Shown here piece after piece: positions 1 to 8,813 of a stretch of 64,000 nucleotides of DNA (positions are counted from its first letter, which is position 1; each line of letters starts with the position of its first letter). A model generated the notes under the pieces. It was not told the origin of the DNA, made no database searches, and worked only from the letters and a program-made list of their open reading frames with translations. Where the stretch lies: positions 648,679 through 712,678 of the forward strand of contig JBFWJC010000001.1 in NCBI GenBank assembly GCA_050253415.1, written 5' to 3'. Position numbers and translations under genes: made by a program. Source of the stretch: Pedobacter sp. GTDB taxonomy: Bacteria > Desulfobacterota > Desulfuromonadia > Desulfuromonadales > Syntrophotaleaceae.

Positions 1-335
1 GGTTATGCTGTCGCACCGGCCATCGAGGATGACACCGATCTGACCGAAGCCGAGGCAGTATTTACGCCGGATGCCGTCAGTGAACTGTCCGGTGAATTGC
101 CGGGCGCTGCCGAAGAGCCGGAAGCATCCGTTGAGGATACGTACGGTTATGCTGTCGCACCGGCCATCGAGGATGACACCGATCTGACCGAAGCCGAGGC
201 AGTATTTACGCCGGATGCCGTCAGTGAACTGTCCGGTGAATTGCCGGGCGCTGCCGAAGAGCCGGAAGCATTCGTTGAAGATACGTACGATTATGCTGTC
301 ACACCGAGCATGGAGGGTGACGGGGACCTGGCAGA
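1..335 (+). repeat. Intragenic 144-bp (48-aa) tandem repeat: two near-identical copies plus a degenerate third start
   Basis: ggttatgctgtcgcaccggccatcgagg... starts at 1 and again at 145; degenerate gattatgctgtcacaccgagc at 289. Confidence 0.95.
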
Positions 336-882
336 GTTTGGAGAATCCCCTGCGCTAGAAGATGTCGATGAACTGCCTGAGGGCCTGCAAGATACATCCG
401 GGGCACCTGAGGGTTTCGGCGAGTTCCAGTTTGGCACCGCTGCTTCGCTGGCTGATACAGACGAGGAATCGTTGCTGGAAACAGAACAGCGGGTAGACGA
501 TGACCAGGAAGGTTCTTTTCAGTCATCCGAGGCATCGGAGTCATTCACTTTCGGCTCAGGAGCACCGATTTTCCAGGAGGAAGAGGCCGACCTGGCTAAA
601 TCCGAATCCCTGGAGGAGCCACTCTCCGCTATCCAAACCTCAAACGATGACACTTTGGAAACTTCCAGACAGGTGCCGAGCGAGAACGTAATCGATAGCA
701 CAACCCCATCACAAACTGCCTCGCAGCCGTCCTCTCTCGAATCCTTGCCGGGGGATTCTGATCGCCCCCAGGTGGGCGTGGTTCGTTGCGCGGAGTGCGG
801 GCGTAAGATTGCCTATCCTAAACGGCTTTCAGGAAAGCGGATGCGTTGTCCGGCCTGTCGAGCGACCTCGGTTCTTCCCTGA
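1..882 (+). CDS. C-terminal part of an acidic repeat-rich protein ending in a CxxC-x17-CxxC zinc ribbon (MJ0042-finger-like); 5' end lies outside the window
   Basis: Frame open from base 1 (GYAVAPAIEDD...), very Asp/Glu-rich, C-terminal CAECGRKIAYPKRLSGKRMRCPAC, stop TGA 880-882. Confidence 0.8.
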   Translation, partial: GYAVAPAIEDDTDLTEAEAVFTPDAVSELSGELPGAAEEPEASVEDTYGYAVAPAIEDDTDLTEAEAVFTPDAVSELSGELPGAAEEPEAFVEDTYDYAVTPSMEGDGDLAEFGESPALEDVDELPEGLQDTSGAPEGFGEFQFGTAASLADTDEESLLETEQRVDDDQEGSFQSSEASESFTFGSGAPIFQEEEADLAKSESLEEPLSAIQTSNDDTLETSRQVPSENVIDSTTPSQTASQPSSLESLPGDSDRPQVGVVRCAECGRKIAYPKRLSGKRMRCPACRATSVLP

Positions 883-917
883 GTAATTATCAGGGGGCCC
901 GGGGGAAAACAAAAACC

Positions 918-963
918 AAGCGGGAGCCGAGGTGTGGATGCACTTCTGTTCCCGCTTTTGTTT
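918..963 (+). terminator. Probable intrinsic terminator
   Basis: aagcggga...tcccgctt stem followed by a T-rich tract. Confidence 0.5.
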
Positions 964-1328
964 ACGATTGTCCAGTTGCCTGCCTTTGAAAATCCCCTTA
1001 TCTTCGTTTTTGATCCAATATGGTTATCGTCCCATTGCGGGGGTAATGATTAAACATGATCCCGGCAGCAATTTCAGGGTGGTTTGACTGTTTCCATGCT
1101 GGATATTGCTGTTCTCTTCCCTCCTGTGAGCCTGTTTTAAGCCAATTGTCTATGCGTGTTTTCTCTCCATTTTCCTTTTGAGGCGCCTGAAAAGTAGCGG
1201 TATTTGGGCAAGGGGAGCTCATGTCAAAATCGAGCATATCAATGCCCTTGTTACAAAAAACATATTGAAAAACCATGGCTAATGACATTTAATGAAACGT
1301 GGTTTTGATTTTAGGTTAAGTAGAGGAC

Positions 1329-3788
1329 ATGATGCACAATCGGAGCAAAAACAGGCGGAGAGGTGTGTTGGTTGCGCTGGCGGTTAGCTTGGTGCTGGCT
1401 GTAAGCCTGGTTGCAGCCATGCTGGTGGATGCGCAGTCCAGAAAGTATGGTCTTGACGCCTTGATATGCCGTGCTCGTACTGCCGCCCTTTCATTCACTG
1501 CCGAAGAAATACGTCAGCTTGATGACGTACCCGCCGAAAATAGTCAGCATTTATATCGAAACATGCGGAGGAAGTTGACACAGTTGGCAGGGCCTGGACG
1601 GGGCCATTCACGCGCGATTTTGACCTGTTTAAAGAAGGGAGAAGTTCTCTTCCTGGCCGGGGCGGGGGTCGGCAAGCCTGTCGAGCCGGGGCAAAATTAT
1701 CCTGATGCGCCGGGGATTCTGATGGCTGTGTTCAGTCGTGGTCGGGCTAAAGGGGATCAAGCTGTCAAAGATAGCTGGGGGCGGTGGGCTGCCGCCTTCG
1801 CGCCTGTTGTGCATCCTCAAACCGGTCAGGTAGTGGCTGTGCTCGGTATGTATGTCGAGGCCTCTTACTGGCGGCAACAGTTCCATTATTCTTTCATATT
1901 GCCCATGGTTTACGCCATTATTCTGGCTGTGCTTACTGCGCTTTTTTTCGGTCTGAAATGGAGGGATCGGAAAGTCAGGGATGTTTTACAGATGACGCAT
2001 CAACGTCTCATGCTTGAAACAGGTGCACGACAAAAGGCAGAGAAGGAGCTTCGCTCCTGGAAAAACCGTTATCGAAAAACAGGACGGTTTGTTCCACATG
2101 TTCTGTTTGAAACGGATGCGGCCGGTGTTCTCTCCTTTGTACGCACGCGAGGCGCCGGCAGAATGATTTTGCCCGGAGAACTTGCGATCGGGGGACAAAT
2201 TCTGGATTCTGTTATTCCTGAACATCGGAAACGGGCGTTTCATTGTCTACAGAAGGTTATGCAGGGGCACCGGGTCGAGGAGAAATTTACCGTGACCACA
2301 AAGGCTTCGAGGGAAGTAGCCGTCAGGGTTTCAGGCGCCCCTATGCACAGTAAAGGACAGATTGTGGGTACCAGATGGGTAGCGGTCGAACTGGCGTTTC
2401 CAAAAGAGAGCGTGACGCCTCCTCGCCGGGATGCAATATCACCAGAATCTTTGACCCGTCTAGATACTTTAACCGGATTGCCGAGCCGATTTTTGTTTCA
2501 GCGCCAACTCAAGGAGGCAATGCTAAGAAACATGGAGTTGGAAGGTTTTCTTGTGTTGCTGTGCCTTGATATTGATCGGTTTAAACAGATTAACGACGGC
2601 CATGGTCGCGAGGTGGGCGACAGGGTGTTGTGCGAAACGGCGCGGCGTCTGAAGAAAGTTTTGCGCAGCACCGACACGGTGGCTCGCCCGGGTGGTGATG
2701 AATTTATGATTATTCTTGAAGAGGTGAAATCGTGCGACGATATCCGCATAGTTGTTGGCAAGATACAGGATTGCCTGCGGGCACCGATGGAAATCAATGG
2801 TGTCCGTCACGCTCTTTCGGCCAGCATGGGCGTAAGCATCATGCCGCAGGAAGGAGTTGATGCCCAGAGGCTGCAGCAGTCCGCCGATCTGGCCATGTGT
2901 ATGGCCAAAAAGTCAGGGCGTGATACCTATCAGGTTTTCTCATGGGCAGCCGATGATTACGCCATGTCTGAAGCGATTATGGGTGAACGTCTGAGCCAGG
3001 CACTCGAAAGAAATGAACTGGAAATTTTATACCAGCCGAGAAAGGATCTCTCAAGCGGTACCTTGAGAGGCCTTGAGGCTTCCTTTTGCTGGCAGCATCC
3101 GGTTCGAGGCAATGTCTCCTCGTCGCAAATTATTGCGTGGGCCAGGGATGGAGGTTTTCTCCTTCCTCTGTGGGAATGGTATTTTTCTGCGGTGTGCAGG
3201 CAAATAAGGCGTTGGCAGAAAGAATTGGATTTTTCCGGCAGCATTGCGGTGAATCTCTTTTCGGAGCAGGTTGGGATGCCTTGGTTGAAGGAAAGAATCG
3301 ACCATCTGCGGGCTGCATCAGGCGTTGCTCCGTGTAAGATAGTCCTTCAAATTGGTGAGGAAGTGATTGCAAAGGAACTTCCTTCAGTTATGGGAACCAT
3401 GAATGGTTTGCACTTAGCCGGTTATACCCTGGCAGTAGTTGATTTTGGCAGAGATGATTCCTGTTTGAAGTTTTTAGCCGATTTGCCCGTATCCTTGATT
3501 AAAATAGAGAAGAGTGTTGTTCATGATCAGTGGTCCAGTGAGACGTCTGATTGTTGCATGGGGCTCATGGTTTCCGCCGCCCATCGTCTGGGAGTGGAAG
3601 TTGCTATGGCCGGCATCAATACCGTCGAGGAGGCTGCCGCTGTCCTGAAGATCGGGTGTGATTTGGTGCAGGGTCCCCTGTTCGGCGGTGCCCAGTCGCC
3701 TATCTTTCTCCATGATAAGCTGCTTCGTTCAGGATGTTCGGATCCTGAACAGGGATTCGAATTTCGGTGGGACAGCCTTTCAGCGTAA
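1329..3788 (+). CDS. Membrane-anchored sensor/PAS/GGDEF/EAL protein with a degenerate EAL domain
   Basis: Two TM segments around a periplasmic region; DTLTGLPSR, DIDRFKQIND, RSTD-x5-GGDEF; EAL region reads EAS, VDFGRD, MAGINT. Confidence 0.9.
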   Translation: MMHNRSKNRRRGVLVALAVSLVLAVSLVAAMLVDAQSRKYGLDALICRARTAALSFTAEEIRQLDDVPAENSQHLYRNMRRKLTQLAGPGRGHSRAILTCLKKGEVLFLAGAGVGKPVEPGQNYPDAPGILMAVFSRGRAKGDQAVKDSWGRWAAAFAPVVHPQTGQVVAVLGMYVEASYWRQQFHYSFILPMVYAIILAVLTALFFGLKWRDRKVRDVLQMTHQRLMLETGARQKAEKELRSWKNRYRKTGRFVPHVLFETDAAGVLSFVRTRGAGRMILPGELAIGGQILDSVIPEHRKRAFHCLQKVMQGHRVEEKFTVTTKASREVAVRVSGAPMHSKGQIVGTRWVAVELAFPKESVTPPRRDAISPESLTRLDTLTGLPSRFLFQRQLKEAMLRNMELEGFLVLLCLDIDRFKQINDGHGREVGDRVLCETARRLKKVLRSTDTVARPGGDEFMIILEEVKSCDDIRIVVGKIQDCLRAPMEINGVRHALSASMGVSIMPQEGVDAQRLQQSADLAMCMAKKSGRDTYQVFSWAADDYAMSEAIMGERLSQALERNELEILYQPRKDLSSGTLRGLEASFCWQHPVRGNVSSSQIIAWARDGGFLLPLWEWYFSAVCRQIRRWQKELDFSGSIAVNLFSEQVGMPWLKERIDHLRAASGVAPCKIVLQIGEEVIAKELPSVMGTMNGLHLAGYTLAVVDFGRDDSCLKFLADLPVSLIKIEKSVVHDQWSSETSDCCMGLMVSAAHRLGVEVAMAGINTVEEAAAVLKIGCDLVQGPLFGGAQSPIFLHDKLLRSGCSDPEQGFEFRWDSLSA

Positions 3789-4129
3789 TATCGATTGTCT
3801 TTTCTTTTTCTGATACCCTTCCCAAATCCCGCCTCCGTCTCTTAGGTTAAACTTCTGTGTACTTTGTCGGCCCTGCCAAGGTGGATCAAACCAGAGACAG
3901 GAAGAGCCATGCGGCCCGGTTCTGCAATGCCGACGGCGCAGTGCGAGAGAAGAGTCAGGGGAGATCGATGTGGGTGATGTATACAGGGTGTTTTGATTTG
4001 CATGACATGGACAATCCTGTTATTTTTTCAACCGTGGCATAAAGTGATGTTCGCCTCATGACTACGTGACTCTTCGGGATGTCCTGTGGCCTGTGGGGAT
4101 TTTTCGAGTTTTTGCAAGGGAGCTTCGCG

Positions 4130-4480
4130 ATGGAGATTGAAGTCCGACTGTTTGTATTTGATGATGAAGGCGGGATTTTTCCTCTGGACAAAAAGCGTTA
4201 TGATGCTGCAGTCGAGCATCGAGAGCCGTTACCGGAATTCAAAGGCCAGTGTATTAAGCTGGCTGGAGCCATGCTCATGCGGCAGGATGATCAACCGGCT
4301 ACCCTGGAAGATGTTTATGGCCAGTTCGTTTACTTCGACCAGGACGGTTTCGTGGATGAAGAAAAATTAGCTGCAGCCACCTGCCACACCGATAAGGATC
4401 TCGGGCGGGAATACCACAATGAGTTTATCTGGACTCCCGATGCGTCGGACATGGAAAAAATTAAAGCGGCCTTGGGGTAA
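4130..4480 (+). CDS. Hypothetical acidic protein (116 aa)
   Basis: ATG 4130 preceded by aagggag; protein-like composition. Confidence 0.7.
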   Translation: MEIEVRLFVFDDEGGIFPLDKKRYDAAVEHREPLPEFKGQCIKLAGAMLMRQDDQPATLEDVYGQFVYFDQDGFVDEEKLAAATCHTDKDLGREYHNEFIWTPDASDMEKIKAALG

Positions 4481-4525
4481 TAGTTTGTCTGCTGATAAAG
4501 CGATAGCTGTAGGGAGACGATAATA

Positions 4526-5428
4526 ATGGAAAAAAAACAGGGGTGTAAAGGCGGCAAACCCTCGGTGTTTGCTTCTGGTGGTACCGAAGAAAGCCGGGAT
4601 TGGCTGGCAGACGATCTGCATGTGTATGTGGAACCGTGGCGTTCGCGTTTTGAGTGGCCGGATGGCTACCCGCGGCGTATCAAGGTTTCTGATGAACTGG
4701 TGGAATGGGATGCCGACTATCCCGATTACGATCCGGCCTATTATGTCGCTCCTGAGGTCATTGAGAATGACCGAACCCTTAAGCCTGGTGGTTGGGCCGA
4801 TCCGGAAGATATCGCGGCGGCCGGCGAATTGCCAAAAGAAAGTTTTGAGGGTCCCATCCGTTTTGATGCCATGGGGCGGCCTTTGAATCCGCGGGGACGC
4901 ACCGGTATTGCGGGCCGCGGACTGCTTGGCAAGTGGGGTCCCAATTATGCCGCCGATCCTATTGTGACACGGTTGAATGCACAATTTGGAGACGTTGAGA
5001 TGCTGGCTATTCAACGTCGGGACAATGGTCAATGGGCGATTCCCGGAGGCATGGTTGATGCCGGGGAGGAAGTCAGTCGCACGCTGGCGCGTGAATTGTC
5101 CGAAGAAACCGGCGTCAGCCTCGATATGAGTCGCGGTCGGCTGATCTATCGCGGGTATGTTGATGATCCGCGTAATACCGACAATGCCTGGATTGAAACT
5201 ACGGTTCGGCATCTGCACCTGGATACCGAAGAAGCTGCCAGCTTGGAACCTCAAGCCGGGAGCGACGCGCGTACGGTTAATTGGTTGCCGCTCACCGAAC
5301 GCAGTTTGCAGAAACTCTATGCAGGCCATGGGTATTTTGTGGTTTCCGCCCTGGCGCAGTTGCTTCGGGATGAACCGGATGTGCTGCCGAAAAAAATGCT
5401 GGCACAGTTGCGCAGTTTTTATAGGTAA
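4526..5428 (+). CDS. Nudix hydrolase, NUDT9-like ADP-ribose pyrophosphatase
   Basis: Nudix box GGMVDAGEEVSRTLARELSEETGV; NUDT9-type motifs NPRGRTGIAGRGLLGKWGPNYAADPIVTR and YRGYVDDPRNTDNAWIET. Confidence 0.9.
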   Translation: MEKKQGCKGGKPSVFASGGTEESRDWLADDLHVYVEPWRSRFEWPDGYPRRIKVSDELVEWDADYPDYDPAYYVAPEVIENDRTLKPGGWADPEDIAAAGELPKESFEGPIRFDAMGRPLNPRGRTGIAGRGLLGKWGPNYAADPIVTRLNAQFGDVEMLAIQRRDNGQWAIPGGMVDAGEEVSRTLARELSEETGVSLDMSRGRLIYRGYVDDPRNTDNAWIETTVRHLHLDTEEAASLEPQAGSDARTVNWLPLTERSLQKLYAGHGYFVVSALAQLLRDEPDVLPKKMLAQLRSFYR

Positions 5429-5511
5429 TATTTCCTGGGCGGGCGCCCTTGGAGGTGCCTGCCCCTTCTGCTTACCGCATCGTATCTGCGATGCTGGCAA
5501 AGGGGTAATGC

Positions 5512-6375
5512 ATGGCCCCGTGGTTTGCTCAAGCGTTGCTGGCTCTTTTGTTTATCGGCCTGCAGCGCTTTTTTTATAAAGTTGCTGCGGAGCGCGGTTG
5601 TGGCACGGCTCTGACCAGTCTTGTTTTCATGGGGGCGGTCGCTGCGGTCAGCTGGTTGCTGTTTTTAAGTGGCGCAGACAGGGGGGGGCCGACTCCCGCC
5701 ATGGTACTTTGGGGACTTGTCAACGGCCTGGCGTTTCTCGGAAGCGCCGCCTTGACCATGGAGGCTTTGCGGCATGTGCCAGCCGCCGCCGGCTACTCCC
5801 TGACCCGACTCAGTACGGTGCTTGCAGCTGTCTTTTCCATCCTCTATTTTCATGATCGTTTGCAGCCGAGGCAACTGCTGGGAATCATCCTCGCCTTGAG
5901 CGTCGTATTTCTCTGCGCAGGGGGGCGTGCAACCGGAGCGCAACGTCCAGATGCCCGCTATCGTTGGGGGGTGATGTTGGCATTGCTCGCCATGCTGTCC
6001 GGCACTGTGGCCTCCGTTTCCAGTAAATTTGCAGCACTGCAGGCTGATAAGTGGGGGTTTATGGCGATATCCTACAGCTTCAGCACCTGCGCCGCCGTTG
6101 CCATGCAGCGCCGTGATTGGAACCGCCTGCCGTCGGGGCCATGGCGTGCGACCCTGGTCATTGGGCTGGCTATGGCCGGGTTGAATTTGATTGGTTTTTA
6201 CCTGCTGCTGCTGGCTCTGGAGACCGGCCCTCTTTCAGTTATTGCCCCGTTGACCGGATTGCATTTCGTTATTGCGATTATACTGGCGGCCGTGGTGTAT
6301 CGTGAGCGACCGAGTTTACGCAATGTGGCCGGGATGGTTATGGCCATGTTGGCTGTCCTGTTGATGAAAACCTGA
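5512..6375 (+). CDS. EamA/DMT family transporter
   Basis: About 10 hydrophobic segments in two repeats; GPLSVIAPL and YRERPS motifs. Confidence 0.85.
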   Translation: MAPWFAQALLALLFIGLQRFFYKVAAERGCGTALTSLVFMGAVAAVSWLLFLSGADRGGPTPAMVLWGLVNGLAFLGSAALTMEALRHVPAAAGYSLTRLSTVLAAVFSILYFHDRLQPRQLLGIILALSVVFLCAGGRATGAQRPDARYRWGVMLALLAMLSGTVASVSSKFAALQADKWGFMAISYSFSTCAAVAMQRRDWNRLPSGPWRATLVIGLAMAGLNLIGFYLLLLALETGPLSVIAPLTGLHFVIAIILAAVVYRERPSLRNVAGMVMAMLAVLLMKT

Positions 6376-6468
6376 GGGATCCTTCCACATTGGCGTGATT
6401 CGCCCTTTCCTTGTTTTTTAGACCGTTTAACGGTTTTTCATCCCCTTTTTTTGCTTTTTGAGTTTGGT

Positions 6469-6488
6469 TTATCCACTCTTTATCCACA
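6469..6488 (+). promoter_or_regulatory. Two tandem DnaA boxes upstream of nrdD
   Basis: TTATCCACT (6469-6477, 1 mismatch) and perfect TTATCCACA (6480-6488). Confidence 0.7.
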
Positions 6489-6505
6489 CGCTTTCCCTGC
6501 TATTT

Positions 6506-6553
6506 ACACAATATGTGGGGGCTGGATTCAAAAAAAATCCCTAGATATAGTGC
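6506..6553 (+). promoter_or_regulatory. Two tandem NrdR boxes
   Basis: acaCaATATgTgGggg (6506-6521) and tccCTAgATATAGtgc (6538-6553) resemble acaCwAtATaTwGtgt; 32 bp apart; directly upstream of an RNR gene. Confidence 0.8.
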
Positions 6554-6562
6554 TAATTTGGC

Positions 6563-6590
6563 TTGACACTCGGTGATGCTGTGTTACATT
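6563..6590 (+). promoter_or_regulatory. Sigma70-type promoter of the nrdD operon
   Basis: TTGACA 6563-6568, 16-bp spacer, TG-n-TACATT ending at 6590. Confidence 0.6.
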
Positions 6591-6626
6591 CACAAACGTC
6601 AAATCGACTGCGGAGGGAAGTAGAGG

Positions 6627-8615
6627 ATGATCGAATATATTCGTAAAAGAGATGGTCGGCTGGTACCGTTTGAGCAGGGCAAGATCACTATCGCCATTCA
6701 ACGAGCCGTGCGTGCCGTCAATGGCAGCGATATGGACAAGGCGGACAAGATTGCCAGGGAAGTGGTGGGCATTCTGGAGGAGATCTACAAGCAGGACAGG
6801 GTCCCGACCGTTGAGAACGTACAGGATCTTGTGGAAAAGATTCTGATTGAGAATGGTCACGCAAAAACCGCCAAGGCTTATATTCTCTACCGGAGTCAGC
6901 ACGAGTCATTGCGCCAGACCAAGGAGTTTATCCAGGAGTCTATCGACGCTATCGATTCCTATCTCACCCAGGAAGACTGGCGGGTCAACGAGAACGCCAA
7001 CATGGGTTACTCTCTGCAGGGCCTCAATAACCATATAGCGGCCAATATCACCAGCAATTACTGGCTCAATAAAGTGTATCCCCGCGAGATTGCCGATGCG
7101 CATCGTAACGCCGATTTCCATGTCCATGATCTCGGTACGTTGGCGGTGTATTGCTGTGGATGGGATCTGCGCGACCTTCTTATGCGCGGGTTTTCCGGTG
7201 CCTACGGCAAGGTCGAGAGCGCGCCGCCACGGCATTTCCGTACCGCCCTCGGGCAGATCGTCAACTTCTTTTATACTCTGCAGGGCGAAGCGGCCGGAGC
7301 CCAGGCGTTTGCCAATTTCGATACGTTGCTGGCACCGTTTATCCGCTACGATAAGCTTTCTTACCGCGAGGTCAAACAGTCGGTTCAGGAGTTTATCTTT
7401 AATATGAACGTGCCGACCCGGGTCGGTTTCCAGACACCCTTTACCAACATTACCCTCGACATGATCGCGCCGAGCAATCTTGCCAACGAAGCGGTGGTGT
7501 TTGGCGGGAAGTTGCTGGATGCCTGCTACGGTGAGTTTCAGGAGGAGATGGACCTTTTCAATCGCGCCTTCTGCGAAGTGATGATGGCTGGCGATCATGC
7601 CGGAAGGATTTTCTCCTTCCCCATCCCGACTTATAACATCACTCAGGGTCTCGATTGGGAAAGCCCACGGTTCCAGGCTATCTGGGAAATGACGGCCAAA
7701 TACGGGATTCCGTATTTCAGCAATTTCATCAATTCGGATATGGATCCGGAAGACGCCCGTTCCATGTGCTGTCGGCTGCGGCTGGACAACCGTGAGCTGA
7801 GGCGTCGCGGTGGCGGCCTGTTCGGCTCCAATCCCCTGACCGGCTCGGTAGGGGTGGTGACGCTCAATCTACCGCGCGCGGCCTATCTTGCCGACGGTAA
7901 GGAGGCTTTCTTTGTTCGCATTTCCGAACTGATGCGCCTGGCTTATCAATCTCTGGAGATCAAGCGCAAGCAGCTTGAGCGTCTCACCGAAGAGGGGCTG
8001 TATCCTTACAGCCGTTTTTACCTGTCGGATATCCGGGAGCGCATGGGACAGTACTGGGGCAATCACTTTTCCACTATCGGCCTGATCGGCATGAACGAAG
8101 CCAGCCTCAATCTTATCGGTCAGGGGGTCGATACGCCCGCCGGGCAGGCTCTGGCGGTAGAGACGCTTAATTTTATGCGCCTGCAGCTGGAAGCTTTTCA
8201 GGAAGAGTCGGGGCATCTGTACAACCTTGAAGCCACTCCGGCCGAAGGCACCAGCTTCCGACTGGCCAATCAGGATCGCAAGCGCTATCCCGACATTATC
8301 ACTGCGGGGGCAGAGGAGCCTTACTACACCAACTCCACCCAGTTGCCGGTTGGCAGTACCGACGATATTTTCGAGGCTTTGACCCATCAGGATTCTTTGC
8401 AGACCCTGTATACCGGCGGCACGGTATTTCATGGTTTCCTTGGTGAACGGCTGGAAGATTGGGGGAGTGCCCGTCTGCTCGTACAGCGTATCGCAGAGAA
8501 CTTCCATCTGCCGTATTTCACCATCAGCCCGACTTTTACCATCTGTCCTGAGCACGGTTATATAACCGGTGAGCATTTCAGTTGCCCCCATCAGCAGGAT
8601 GTTGGCGCAGCCTGA
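6627..8615 (+). CDS. nrdD: Class III (anaerobic) ribonucleoside-triphosphate reductase, catalytic chain with ATP cone, lacking the glycyl-radical C-terminus
   Basis: ATP cone IRKRDGRLVPFE; HVHDL, YCCGW, SMCCRL, NLEATPAE, YTGGTVFH; ends CPEHGY...CPHQQDVGAA with no RVxG motif. Confidence 0.95.
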   Translation: MIEYIRKRDGRLVPFEQGKITIAIQRAVRAVNGSDMDKADKIAREVVGILEEIYKQDRVPTVENVQDLVEKILIENGHAKTAKAYILYRSQHESLRQTKEFIQESIDAIDSYLTQEDWRVNENANMGYSLQGLNNHIAANITSNYWLNKVYPREIADAHRNADFHVHDLGTLAVYCCGWDLRDLLMRGFSGAYGKVESAPPRHFRTALGQIVNFFYTLQGEAAGAQAFANFDTLLAPFIRYDKLSYREVKQSVQEFIFNMNVPTRVGFQTPFTNITLDMIAPSNLANEAVVFGGKLLDACYGEFQEEMDLFNRAFCEVMMAGDHAGRIFSFPIPTYNITQGLDWESPRFQAIWEMTAKYGIPYFSNFINSDMDPEDARSMCCRLRLDNRELRRRGGGLFGSNPLTGSVGVVTLNLPRAAYLADGKEAFFVRISELMRLAYQSLEIKRKQLERLTEEGLYPYSRFYLSDIRERMGQYWGNHFSTIGLIGMNEASLNLIGQGVDTPAGQALAVETLNFMRLQLEAFQEESGHLYNLEATPAEGTSFRLANQDRKRYPDIITAGAEEPYYTNSTQLPVGSTDDIFEALTHQDSLQTLYTGGTVFHGFLGERLEDWGSARLLVQRIAENFHLPYFTISPTFTICPEHGYITGEHFSCPHQQDVGAA

Positions 8616-8660
8616 TTTTATTCGTTACGTTGAACGAAATTTTCCATAAGGAGGCCAGGC

Positions 8661-8807
8661 ATGGCTACAAAGTGTGATGCCAAGACCGAAGTTTATTCCC
8701 GTGTTTGTGGTTTTTTCCGTCCGGTTCAGCAGTGGAATCGCGGCAAGAAAGAAGAGTTCAAGGATCGTCGCGAATTCTTGCTTGAAAACCAGCCGATGAA
8801 AGGTTAG
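8661..8807 (+). CDS. Stand-alone NrdD glycyl-radical domain (48 aa), below the ORF-track cutoff
   Basis: RBS AAGGAGG 8648-8654; translation MATKCDAKTEVYSRVCGFFRPVQQWNRGKKEEFKDRREFLLENQPMKG matches the NrdD C-terminal YSRVxGYxRPVxxWNxGKxxEFxDR pattern. Confidence 0.93.
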   Translation: MATKCDAKTEVYSRVCGFFRPVQQWNRGKKEEFKDRREFLLENQPMKG

Positions 8808-8813
8808 GTCAGC

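Noticed and set aside
1..335. CRISPR array
   Set aside because: The 144-bp units are contiguous, in frame and have no unique spacers; no cas genes
998..1288. 96-aa minus-strand ORF in the intergenic region
   Set aside because: No clear RBS or motif; lies in the AT-rich upstream region of the GGDEF-EAL gene
6469..6488. Replication origin
   Set aside because: Only two DnaA boxes, no dnaA/dnaN context; better explained as nrd regulation
8613..8660. Selenocysteine or stop-codon readthrough joining nrdD to the glycyl-radical ORF (same frame, TGA stop)
   Set aside because: A second in-frame TGA sits at 8631-8633, the spacer is AT-rich with no SECIS-like hairpin, and the small ORF has its own strong RBS
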